DNA from: Akkermansia muciniphila
GTDB lineage: Bacteria; Verrucomicrobiota; Verrucomicrobiia; Limisphaerales; JADLHS01
Direction: 5' to 3'
Length of the DNA: 56,853 bases
Assembly (NCBI GenBank): GCA_945882065.1
Contig: CAMCWI010000001.1
Location: 1-56,853 of the forward strand
Numbering within the stretch: the first letter of the stretch is position 1; each line of letters starts with the position of its first letter. Below are positions 46,655-55,191 of the stretch, one piece after another. The position numbers and the translations under genes were made by a program. The notes under the pieces are model-generated. The model searched no databases. It was given only the letters and a program-made list of their open reading frames with translations, and had not been told where the DNA came from.

Positions 46655-47974
46655 CTATTGACCAAGAGCATTGCGAAACTCCGGATGTGTCCGTTTAAGA
46701 ATTGTTGTGATACGGGAGCGTTCTTCAACGGTAAGGTGCGCATAGCGCGTGTCAGGATTGGCCGGATTCAGAGCATGAACCAACCGCGAATACAATCGCT
46801 GCTTCAATTGGACTGGTAGAGATAGAAAACACTCCGAGTAGATCATGTAACTGCACCGGTTTTTGAACAGCCGACCCGCCAGATGAAAATCTTTCAGCGA
46901 ACCCGCATCGCTTGAGCGGGGTGCATCCTTGCAAAAAACATTTTGAAACGACTCGTCTCCAACAAGCCCGTCAGGCAGTTGAGCTTCATCCTTGAAAAGT
47001 AGAGCGTCCAAAACTTCCTGCGCGGCGGCGTCGAATACATGTTTGACGCTCTCGTAAGTCAACTCCTCCGTCACCGGTTCTTTCAACTCAAATTGCAGAT
47101 TCTTCTGATAGGCGAGCATCCGGCGACAATCCATCGAGGCTCGCGTGAGCGCATTCTGCATGGTCGTTTGATGCTCGAAAACCAGCAGCGCGATGATGTC
47201 ACTGCCTGATGTGAGATAAGCCTTGGTCTGAAAGAAATCCGATAAGTCTGTGATGTTCGCGCCACGCTTTAAGTTCACGACCAGTTCACCACTTTTATCC
47301 TGAGCAAACACATTTCCTCGATGCAATGCCTTGCCGTGCTTGCCCGTCACATACCAACCCGCCCAACGATTCGTGAACGGCGTACGGTAGTCCACCACTT
47401 CTGAACCGAACCGAAACAACGGCTCTCCAGTTTCGTCAGTGAAAACTGAACGCACAAAGACACCCGGAACTCCACGAACAAACAGCCCGCCGTGACAAGT
47501 CATGCAATTGTTGTCGCGGATAAATTGCGGCTCTGCGGAATTCGGATCAAAGCTATAAAAAACCGGGCCAAGCAGAGGATCAATCGTGGTCACCTCTATC
47601 AAACTACCCGGCACCCAGCCCACATAAGCCGTGTCGGAAAAATAGATCGCACGGGGATGGTTGGGGCTGATGCTTTGACGCTGAAAGCTCGTCTTGGAAA
47701 AGACCAGCATCTGGCTCTCGACAGGTATCTCCAACTCCTGCAACAGACGCTGCACGATTCTTCTTCCGCCACCTGTCCACTTAATCTCCCCCGAAGCCAC
47801 TCGGGATTGCAAGCGCACCACAGCATCACTCGGCTTTGTTGCTGAGTAACTGACCGGCGGTTGTTCATACGACTCGACTCCTTGCGCGCAGACCTTGTTC
47901 GTGGCCAGTAGCGCAAGAGTCATCGTTGTAACAATCGCCAATCTTTGGATTACTATGATTCCGGAGCGTCGCAT
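46655..47974 (-). CDS. Secreted conserved PVC-type hypothetical protein with a single CxxCH heme-binding motif
   Basis: Signal MRRSGIIVIQRLAIVTTMTLALLATNKVCAQ. VFSKTSFQRQSISPNHPRAIYFSDTAYVGWVPG is present. CMTCH is encoded at 47492-47506. The ORF is 439 aa and intact. Confidence 0.7.
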   Translation of the reverse strand: MRRSGIIVIQRLAIVTTMTLALLATNKVCAQGVESYEQPPVSYSATKPSDAVVRLQSRVASGEIKWTGGGRRIVQRLLQELEIPVESQMLVFSKTSFQRQSISPNHPRAIYFSDTAYVGWVPGSLIEVTTIDPLLGPVFYSFDPNSAEPQFIRDNNCMTCHGGLFVRGVPGVFVRSVFTDETGEPLFRFGSEVVDYRTPFTNRWAGWYVTGKHGKALHRGNVFAQDKSGELVVNLKRGANITDLSDFFQTKAYLTSGSDIIALLVFEHQTTMQNALTRASMDCRRMLAYQKNLQFELKEPVTEELTYESVKHVFDAAAQEVLDALLFKDEAQLPDGLVGDESFQNVFCKDAPRSSDAGSLKDFHLAGRLFKNRCSYMIYSECFLSLPVQLKQRLYSRLVHALNPANPDTRYAHLTVEERSRITTILKRTHPEFRNALGQ

Positions 47975-48012
47975 TGTCTTTCAGCAATCCTAGTCTAGGC
48001 ATTTAGCCGCAC

Positions 48013-48028
48013 ATTGACCTAGGTCAAT
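48013..48028. promoter_or_regulatory. Perfect 16-bp palindrome ATTGACCTAGGTCAAT upstream of the CxxCH-protein gene. Candidate operator.
   Basis: The palindrome centre lies 46 nt upstream of the ATG at 47974. A second palindrome, CCTAGTCTAGG, at 47989-47999 shares the CCTAG half-site. Confidence 0.35.
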
Positions 48029-48320
48029 CTCTTGGTGGTGAACTAGCGTCAGCCACCATTCGCATATCACCGAGCATCGCCTCCAACACACTCATGCCGC
48101 GCGTCGGCACAATGGTGAACGTAAGCCTACCGTTTTTGACGACAACAACGGCAACGCCCTCCTGCCTGCCGCCGTGCAACGTGAGTTTGCTCACGGACCA
48201 ATGCGGACTCTTGGGCGTAATCTTTTCACCGGAAATTTCGAGCGCATCCACGCGCTAATTTCCACTCGCGCTGATCAGTGACTGGCGGAACGGCGCGGGG
48301 GTTTTGGAGATTGTTTTCAT
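48024..48320 (-). pseudogene. N-terminal remnant of an aldose-1-epimerase-like (DUF4432-like) gene with an in-frame TAG and 3' truncation
   Basis: ATG at 48320 gives MKTISKTPAPFRQSLISASGN-TAG(48255-48257)-RVDALEISGEKITPKSPHWSVSKLTLHGGRQEGVAVVVVKNGRLTFTIVPTRGMSVLEAMLGDMRM. The frame ends after about 98 codons, whereas the family is about 350 aa. The family call rests on the L.GG..eGv.vv.v.nG.l.f.v.PtRGm.i pattern only. Confidence 0.45.
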
Positions 48321-48332
48321 TCAGTGATCAAA

Positions 48333-49541
48333 TCAACGCGCGCCAAGATTCTTCAACAGCGCATGGGCACACGCTTCAGCAAAGACTGGATCATTGATCG
48401 CGCAGTCCATCTCCTTCACTTCGATGTCTGTGCGCAATCCAGCTTTCAGCGCGGCGCAAAGCGCGACGTCTGCGGCTGAATCATGAAACGCCCCACCCGG
48501 CGCGCCGATCATGCTGCCGCCGCGCAATGGCAGCAGCACCGTCACTGGGCCGGTGGAGAGGTTGAGTTTTTCGGCCAAGATTGTTCCAAGTTGTTTGCAC
48601 TCCTCGGGCGTCGTGCGCATCAACGTCACTTGCGGGTTGTGCTGATAAAAATTTCTCCCAGCAAATTTCGTGGGCACGGTTTCAGGTGAACCGAAATTCA
48701 CCATGTCGAGACAACCGGTGGAAACCACTGCTGGCACTCCGCACCGTGCGGCAGCTTCGAGTCGCGTCGGGCCAGCGTTCAACACGCCACCGACCAATTC
48801 GTCCGCCCACTCCGTCGTCGTCACATCGAGCACACCGGCTACGAGGCCAGTCTCGATGAGAGATTCCATCGTGCGTCCGCCAGTTCCGGTAGCAGCGAAC
48901 ACGATGACTTCGTATCCGGCGGCTTCGAGGATTTTCCGTGCGTGTTCGATGCACATCGTGGTGTTCCCAAACTGGCTGGCCACGATGATGGGTTTGTCGG
49001 TCGCAGCAGTCACGGGCATCTCCACCATGCCGCAGATGGCACCCGCAGCAGGAGTGAGTAACTGACGCGAAATCCGGTTGAGTCCCGCCACGTCCACGAT
49101 GCTTGGGAACATCACTATGTCCTTCACGCCGACGTAGGGCGCAACGTTCCCGCTCGCCAACGTGGAAACCATCAATTTGGGAAACCCGATTGGCAACGCG
49201 CGCATCGCTGCCGTGGCAATGGCAGTGCCACCGCCGCCGCCTAGCGAGATCACGCCATCAATCTTTTTTTCCTCCGCCAGCTTTGCGAGAATGATCGGCG
49301 CGCCTTGCGACATCGCGGTCACCGACTCACCGCGATCCCGCTTTGCAATCAAAGTAGCGAGGTCAACGCCCGCCGCTTGGGCAACTTCGCTCCGCGTGAT
49401 GTCGGGTTTAAGTTTTGGATCTTCCAACGTGCCGACATCAATGATGAGAACCTTGTGACCTCGCTGGCGAATGAGATCAGCCACAAAACCATGCTCCACG
49501 CCTTTCGTGTCCATCGTTCCGAGAATCGCGATCGTTGGCAT
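48333..49541 (-). CDS. UPF0261 / Tm-1-like ATP-binding domain protein
   Basis: MPTIAILGTMDTKGVEHGFVADLIRQRGHKVLIIDVG, GVISLGGGGGTAIATAAMRALPIGFPKLMVST and VVFAATGTGGRTME are characteristic of the family. Confidence 0.9.
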   Translation of the reverse strand: MPTIAILGTMDTKGVEHGFVADLIRQRGHKVLIIDVGTLEDPKLKPDITRSEVAQAAGVDLATLIAKRDRGESVTAMSQGAPIILAKLAEEKKIDGVISLGGGGGTAIATAAMRALPIGFPKLMVSTLASGNVAPYVGVKDIVMFPSIVDVAGLNRISRQLLTPAAGAICGMVEMPVTAATDKPIIVASQFGNTTMCIEHARKILEAAGYEVIVFAATGTGGRTMESLIETGLVAGVLDVTTTEWADELVGGVLNAGPTRLEAAARCGVPAVVSTGCLDMVNFGSPETVPTKFAGRNFYQHNPQVTLMRTTPEECKQLGTILAEKLNLSTGPVTVLLPLRGGSMIGAPGGAFHDSAADVALCAALKAGLRTDIEVKEMDCAINDPVFAEACAHALLKNLGAR

Positions 49542-49563
49542 AAGCGTCAGAGTTTGCTGGGAA

Positions 49564-52500
49564 TTATTTCACTTCTTTACCCGCAGCCCAGAAGACGGAG
49601 TTTCGCAAGAGTCTGATGTAAGCCGCGTGTTCGTGCGCCGCAGCATCGTGACCAAGCGTGATTCCCACCACCCTGCCCTTTGATTGCTCGACGGTGAAGA
49701 CTTGCGGGAAGTCCTTGTTTTTCGCCTGCGAGTAAGCAGTGGCGAGAACTTTCACGGGTGCGCCCTGTGTATCGGGTTCAAAATAATAAAGCTCGTCCTT
49801 GAGCGTGAACTTTGCCGGCACGCCACGAAGGATCGGATGTTTCGGCTCGATCACTTTCACTTCGAACTCGCCATACTTATCGTGACTCCGTGAACCGCCA
49901 CCAATGAGGTCGCGGTTATACTCAGGCCAATCTTTCCAGTTATACCATAGTCCCGGATGCAGTCCGACGATTCCCTTGCCACTCTTCAGATGTTTGAAGA
50001 TCGCTTCCTTTGTCGCCGCGTTTGTGAACGGCTTGTTGTTGCTGATGATCAAGACATCCACACCAGCGATGACACCAGAAAGATCACCTGTGGGCGTGGT
50101 GTAATTGGCAGTGATGCCGCCCGCCGCGTTCAACGTCTTCACATCTTCCACATTGAACCACCGTTCGAAGTCGTGACTCGATCCGCCGCCGACGATCAAT
50201 GTTTTGATCCCAGCGTTCCATTTGAAGGATGGTGCGGGCGCGACACTCGCTCCGCCGGAAGTCGGGGCGGAACTTGAACCCCCTTCGCCAACCTCTGCCG
50301 TGATGCTGACGAACGTCGGTGCGTACTGGTTGCCGTAACTGGAGATCGTCAATTTCTCGACCATGCCGCGCTTGGTCAGCGGTTTCGCGAAATAGCGGAC
50401 TTGTTTCCCGCCGTTCATGATTTTGTCCAGATTAGCGAGCGCTTCCGAACCGGGCACGTCCACATGCGTTATGTAGTCAGCGATCTCAACTCCGTTTCGC
50501 AGGACGATCTCTTCGGTTGGACCTCCTGCGAAATGAACGATGATCTTTGCGACTGGATCATTCACTTTTCCGCCCGGGAACCCCCAACCCGCAATGCCAC
50601 CCAGGAAATGCAGTTTGGTGACCGGCAACCCCACCTTGACCTCGACTTCCTTCGGATAACTTTGTGCCAGACCAATGCCGCCACGCAGCACGATCATATT
50701 CTTGCCATCAGCCATGCGCTGCGGATTCACCGCATCAAACGGCACATCACGATGCTTGAGCGTGCCCCACTTCTTGAAGCGTATCGATTCATCCCGTGAC
50801 TCGGCGGATTGGTAGAGGCCGCGTGAACTGTTCGCAGTGAACGCGCCCGCGAGATCCAGAATGCGGTAACGCAAATCGTCCGCACAGATATACGCCAGCA
50901 GGTCGCGCAGGTTTTCCGCACCGAGTTGTTCCAATCCATCCGGCATCAATGATCGGCTGTTACTGCGCCGCGACTGGATGTTGTCCTTGCGGACTTCGAT
51001 CTCGCCGGTCTGATTTCGGATCACGACCGAGGTGTTGTTCTCTCGCAGAACAATGCCGTCGTAGCTGAGATCATCCTTCGTCTCGATGCTCACGGTATAA
51101 AAGTTCGGCTCGACGACGCGGTTCGGATCAATGATGTGAACAAGCAACTCTTCGGGTCCGTGAGCGCCCATGCCCGTGAGATTCGGCGCAAAGTCCGCGC
51201 CCTCGGATTTATACTTGTGACAGACGGCGCAGTTCTGCGTGAAGATCTTTGCACCGTTGCCCAGGTTTCCGGCCTTGCTGACCTCGGGTTTTAACTTCGT
51301 GATCAGGCTGTCTTTCTCCTGCTGTTGAGGCCCGCGCAGTTCCGCGATCACTTTGCTCGCGTGATCCGCCACAGCAGCATCAGAGTGCGTGCGCAGGCGA
51401 TACAAATTCGCGAGGCCAAGCATCGCGGGATCAATCTTCCGATCCGCCAGCGCCTTCACCAGCGCTTCCGACCAGTCACTGCGACGGATCAATTGTCCAA
51501 AAGCAACCTCGCGCAGATCGAACGACAGCTTTGGCAATGCGACCAGAAGAGTCTGCCCCACGGCGGCATCACCCGAGTCGCCGAGCGCTTCGATCAATTT
51601 TTTCTGCAACGCCGGACTCGCATCACTGCCCACCACCGCAGAAACCGCAGGTACGATGCTGGGATCGAGCTTGGCAACACCCAGCAGGTTCGCCGCGATT
51701 TGAGCGCGCTCATCATCGGAAACGGATTTGTCTGCGAACCGCGCTTCGGCTTTGACGATGGCGGGTTTCATCGCGTCGCCGACTTCGCCGGCGAAATTCC
51801 AACGAACAATCAATGGCAGCACTGCGCTGGCGGTGGCGTCCGAAGCGAGCAATTGTTTCAATGCTGTGCCGAGTGATGCGTCTGCGGTCGGCTTGATTTC
51901 TTGCTTCAGATTCGCAGCGAGCGATTGCATCGCGAAAACCTTGAGCGAATCCGCGCCAGAGGGTTTTCCAGCAATGGTCACCACTAACGAACGAGCCGCA
52001 TCCGGATTGTTCTGTTGTGCGACCTGCCGAGACAACTGTGAAATCATCCCCGCCATCGAGGAGGCATCTTTGGCGTCCATCGCCGCGCTGACGAACAACA
52101 AAGGTTTCTTGGCAGTGATGGCGAGCGCGGCAGTTTCGAGATAAGGACTCTTCAGCGATGGCCATGCCGCGACGATGGCTTCAGCGAATTCACGATTCGG
52201 TGTAAGCGTTTCGCAGGCGATCAATGCCGCCATTCGGACGCGTTGATCTGGGTCATTGACTAAAGCCCGGACCAATTCCATCGGCGGTTCAACGTTGGAG
52301 TTGTCCTGCTCCGCGCCTATCCGCATGGCGTTCTTGCGGACGACAGCGTCCTTGTCACTGGATGCAGCCACCAATGTCTCTGGCTTGAGCAGATTCAAAT
52401 TGTGCAACACCCACAGAGCCTGCATCCGGCCATAAGCGGTTTTGGCCGATGCTGCTTCGCTTTCCAACGTGGTCGCGTAATCACGCCCTGCCCCTTCACT

Positions 52501-54675
52501 CAACAAACGATTCGCCGTTGTGCGCACCCAACCGTTCGGATGGTCGAGCATCGCCACGAGTTTTGCTGCCTTTTTGGAATTCAGATCAAACGGCGGCAGC
52601 GCGTGGGCTTCCTTGTGCTGGATACGGTAAACACGCGTGAAGTGATGATCACGATCAGGACGCGATGCGGCGTTGCGCGCGCCATGCGCCGGGCCGCGCG
52701 TGTCGTTGTGGACAGCGATCTGGTTATACATGTCCACCAGATACAACGCGCCATCCGGGCCGACGCGGCTGTGGATCGGCTTGAACCAGTAATCGGTGCT
52801 CGTCAGGAAGTGCGTCTCCTTACGGGCTTCTTCGCGGCGACCTTTGTACGTCACGCCGTTCGGATCGAGGAATTCGTGGTGCATCAACCACACGGTCGGC
52901 TCATGGAGGAAGAACGACCATGATGGCCCTTGCCACTTGGTCGGCCACGCGCCGCCGTCATAAATCGTCGCACCCGCCGCGGCTGTCCACGCTCCAACCC
53001 AGTCAATCTGCACATACGGCTGACGGGCTTCTTTGCGCCCGGGAAAAACCTTATTCTCTTCCATGATCGGATTCGCCGAGCGGACTCCAGCCACGCCGGA
53101 GCGGCTGATGACTTTGTCCGGCATAACGACGTGAAGGATGGGCTGACCGCAGGTGGCTGTGCTGAAAAATATCTCGCCGTCCGGCGCGATTTCACAGCCC
53201 CAAGTGTTGCACGCACCGGAAGAAATTTGCTCCAACGCAGATCCGTCAGGACGGAAGCGGTAAATGCCGGCTGATATACGGCCAAATTTCTTCGTGCCAT
53301 CGCCCGATGAAACATCACCGGCGCTATATCCGACTGAGCCGTACACCCAGCCGTCCGGCCCCCAACGCAGATTGCTCGTCACCGAATGCGTGTCGCCAGT
53401 TCCCCAGCCGGTTGATAGCACTTGAAACTTGTCCGCCTTGCCATCTCCGTCCGTATCGCGAATCCAAAGAATGTCCGGTGCTTGCGTAACAATGGCGCCA
53501 TCCTTGTACAACACCACAGAAGTCGCCAATTCCAATCCATCTGCAAAGACGGTTTTCTTGTCCATCACGCCGTCGCCATTCGTATCTTCCAAAATTGAGA
53601 TGCGATCTCGGTTTGCGCGCTTCTCTTTGCCACCGATAGGGAACTCGTTTGGATTCCGCAAACGCCACGGAGTGATCTTGCCGTCGTTCTTGTTGATGTC
53701 GCGCCCGCCAGGATACTCGGGCGTCTCGACGACCCACATGCGGCCTTTCGTATCCCATTCGACGGACATGATTTTCTCAGCGAGCTTTTCATCGGCGACG
53801 AGAGAGATGTTGAACTCAGGATGGAGATTAAATGTTTTGAGTGCGTCTTTCGCGGGAAGCGGTCCGCCGGGCGGATAGAGCAACGAATCGAGTTCTTCCT
53901 TCTTGCAGAATTCATCAACGCTGGTGCGCTTGCCGGCCCATGCGATGCCGCGCATCAAGATCGCGCGATATTGAGGACTGTTGAACACATCAAAATCGTG
54001 GCCGGGCAAACTCACGAAGGCCCGATAGGGTGTTGCGCCGCCTGAAATAGTTTTCTCATAAGTCCAAACCTGGGGGGCGATGACGAAAACGTTGTGAAAG
54101 CTCGTGGCCAATACGCCGATGTCCGGCGCGAGATCCATGTCGTAATAAATTTCGTCCTTCCAATCGAAGTTTGAGATGCCCTTGCTGATGGGGTGATCTT
54201 GATCGACCCAGCAAATGCCGACGTTGCCCTCGAACCACTTCGTCGCTTTGTCTTTGGGCACGTCCGCTGAAGGCCAGCGCCATGCGCCACCGATGGTGGA
54301 CTTGCACCATTCATGTTGATCACCGCTCACCACGCCATCGTGCAAAACCACCAAGCCACCACCGCGTTTGAGGAATTTTTCCAGATCGGCTCGCTGCGTC
54401 CCGGCGATCTTCATCCCGTCCGCCGCGTAGATAATCATCACGTCGGTTTTCTCCAGCTGCTCGGGCTCGGGGAAATCGAGATCGCCCGTGACTTGCATTC
54501 CGCGATCGCCGAGCAGTGTCGTCCACTCCTTGAGAAAGCGGGGATGATCGTGCTGGTTTGGCCCGTGAGTTTTGACGCCACCACGGATGAAGACGCGCAG
54601 AGGTTCAGCCGCAGTCGCTGAAAGCGATGCCACCAAGAGTGCCGTAACGACCAATAAGTTGATTGTCTTTTTCAT
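49564..54675 (-). CDS. Giant secreted fusion of a ThuA domain, a PVC-type dehydrogenase beta-propeller, HEAT repeats, a mono-heme cytochrome c, an unassigned beta-domain and a second ThuA domain
   Basis: ATG at 54675 gives MKKTINLLVVTALLVASLSATAAEP. An upstream ATG at 54732 would add 19 aa before the signal. ThuA-N: LRVFIRGGVKTHGPNQHDH...VVLHDG...LPGHDFDVF. Propeller: FNISLVADEKLAEKIMSVEWDTKGRMWVVETPEYPGG. Heme domain: CAVCH is encoded at 51217-51231, followed by SLMPDGLEQLGAENLRDLLAYI. ThuA-C: IKTLIVGGGSSHDFERW...ELYYFEP...TLGHDAAAHEH. Confidence 0.85.
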   Translation of the reverse strand: MKKTINLLVVTALLVASLSATAAEPLRVFIRGGVKTHGPNQHDHPRFLKEWTTLLGDRGMQVTGDLDFPEPEQLEKTDVMIIYAADGMKIAGTQRADLEKFLKRGGGLVVLHDGVVSGDQHEWCKSTIGGAWRWPSADVPKDKATKWFEGNVGICWVDQDHPISKGISNFDWKDEIYYDMDLAPDIGVLATSFHNVFVIAPQVWTYEKTISGGATPYRAFVSLPGHDFDVFNSPQYRAILMRGIAWAGKRTSVDEFCKKEELDSLLYPPGGPLPAKDALKTFNLHPEFNISLVADEKLAEKIMSVEWDTKGRMWVVETPEYPGGRDINKNDGKITPWRLRNPNEFPIGGKEKRANRDRISILEDTNGDGVMDKKTVFADGLELATSVVLYKDGAIVTQAPDILWIRDTDGDGKADKFQVLSTGWGTGDTHSVTSNLRWGPDGWVYGSVGYSAGDVSSGDGTKKFGRISAGIYRFRPDGSALEQISSGACNTWGCEIAPDGEIFFSTATCGQPILHVVMPDKVISRSGVAGVRSANPIMEENKVFPGRKEARQPYVQIDWVGAWTAAAGATIYDGGAWPTKWQGPSWSFFLHEPTVWLMHHEFLDPNGVTYKGRREEARKETHFLTSTDYWFKPIHSRVGPDGALYLVDMYNQIAVHNDTRGPAHGARNAASRPDRDHHFTRVYRIQHKEAHALPPFDLNSKKAAKLVAMLDHPNGWVRTTANRLLSEGAGRDYATTLESEAASAKTAYGRMQALWVLHNLNLLKPETLVAASSDKDAVVRKNAMRIGAEQDNSNVEPPMELVRALVNDPDQRVRMAALIACETLTPNREFAEAIVAAWPSLKSPYLETAALAITAKKPLLFVSAAMDAKDASSMAGMISQLSRQVAQQNNPDAARSLVVTIAGKPSGADSLKVFAMQSLAANLKQEIKPTADASLGTALKQLLASDATASAVLPLIVRWNFAGEVGDAMKPAIVKAEARFADKSVSDDERAQIAANLLGVAKLDPSIVPAVSAVVGSDASPALQKKLIEALGDSGDAAVGQTLLVALPKLSFDLREVAFGQLIRRSDWSEALVKALADRKIDPAMLGLANLYRLRTHSDAAVADHASKVIAELRGPQQQEKDSLITKLKPEVSKAGNLGNGAKIFTQNCAVCHKYKSEGADFAPNLTGMGAHGPEELLVHIIDPNRVVEPNFYTVSIETKDDLSYDGIVLRENNTSVVIRNQTGEIEVRKDNIQSRRSNSRSLMPDGLEQLGAENLRDLLAYICADDLRYRILDLAGAFTANSSRGLYQSAESRDESIRFKKWGTLKHRDVPFDAVNPQRMADGKNMIVLRGGIGLAQSYPKEVEVKVGLPVTKLHFLGGIAGWGFPGGKVNDPVAKIIVHFAGGPTEEIVLRNGVEIADYITHVDVPGSEALANLDKIMNGGKQVRYFAKPLTKRGMVEKLTISSYGNQYAPTFVSITAEVGEGGSSSAPTSGGASVAPAPSFKWNAGIKTLIVGGGSSHDFERWFNVEDVKTLNAAGGITANYTTPTGDLSGVIAGVDVLIISNNKPFTNAATKEAIFKHLKSGKGIVGLHPGLWYNWKDWPEYNRDLIGGGSRSHDKYGEFEVKVIEPKHPILRGVPAKFTLKDELYYFEPDTQGAPVKVLATAYSQAKNKDFPQVFTVEQSKGRVVGITLGHDAAAHEHAAYIRLLRNSVFWAAGKEVK

Positions 54676-54744
54676 TTGGAAATTGGGAAAACGATTCGTT
54701 AGATTGTGCAAAGAAACCTCACTGACTGCCATAACTCATTCGAG

Positions 54745-55179
54745 TTACGGTTTGCAGACAGGCAGATCCAGTTTCTGACGGAGTGAAGCCCACGGCTCCT
54801 GAGTAGAAACATCCACGATCCCAGGCTCGGCGGCTTTGGCGGGCGATAGAATCGCCAGAAACACGAGCCGCTCGCGATGCGGATTGAAAGTGCCATGCAC
54901 TTCCCCCTTGGGAACCAGCACCATTTCGCCAGGCCCGAGGATGCGATGCTCTTTGCCGATCCACTGTTCAGCGCGACCGGACAAAATATAAATAATCTCT
55001 TCGCGCGTCGGATGCGAATGGAACGGATGCGAGAAGCCCGGCTCCATGTTCGCGCGGACCATCATCAAATCCTGATTCGGAACGATGTCGGAGCGGCAAA
55101 GCCATTCTTCAATCGTCCATGGCGATTGGAAATCCACCTTCTCGGCGGCGGTGACGAAGCGGCGATTTTCGATGCTCAT
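54745..55179 (-). CDS. Cupin-domain protein
   Basis: GFSHPFHSHPTREEIIYILSGRA...GEMVLVPKGEVHGTFN are the two cupin motifs. The product is 144 aa and has no signal peptide. Confidence 0.8.
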   Translation of the reverse strand: MSIENRRFVTAAEKVDFQSPWTIEEWLCRSDIVPNQDLMMVRANMEPGFSHPFHSHPTREEIIYILSGRAEQWIGKEHRILGPGEMVLVPKGEVHGTFNPHRERLVFLAILSPAKAAEPGIVDVSTQEPWASLRQKLDLPVCKP

Positions 55180-55191
55180 AGCTGGATGCGT

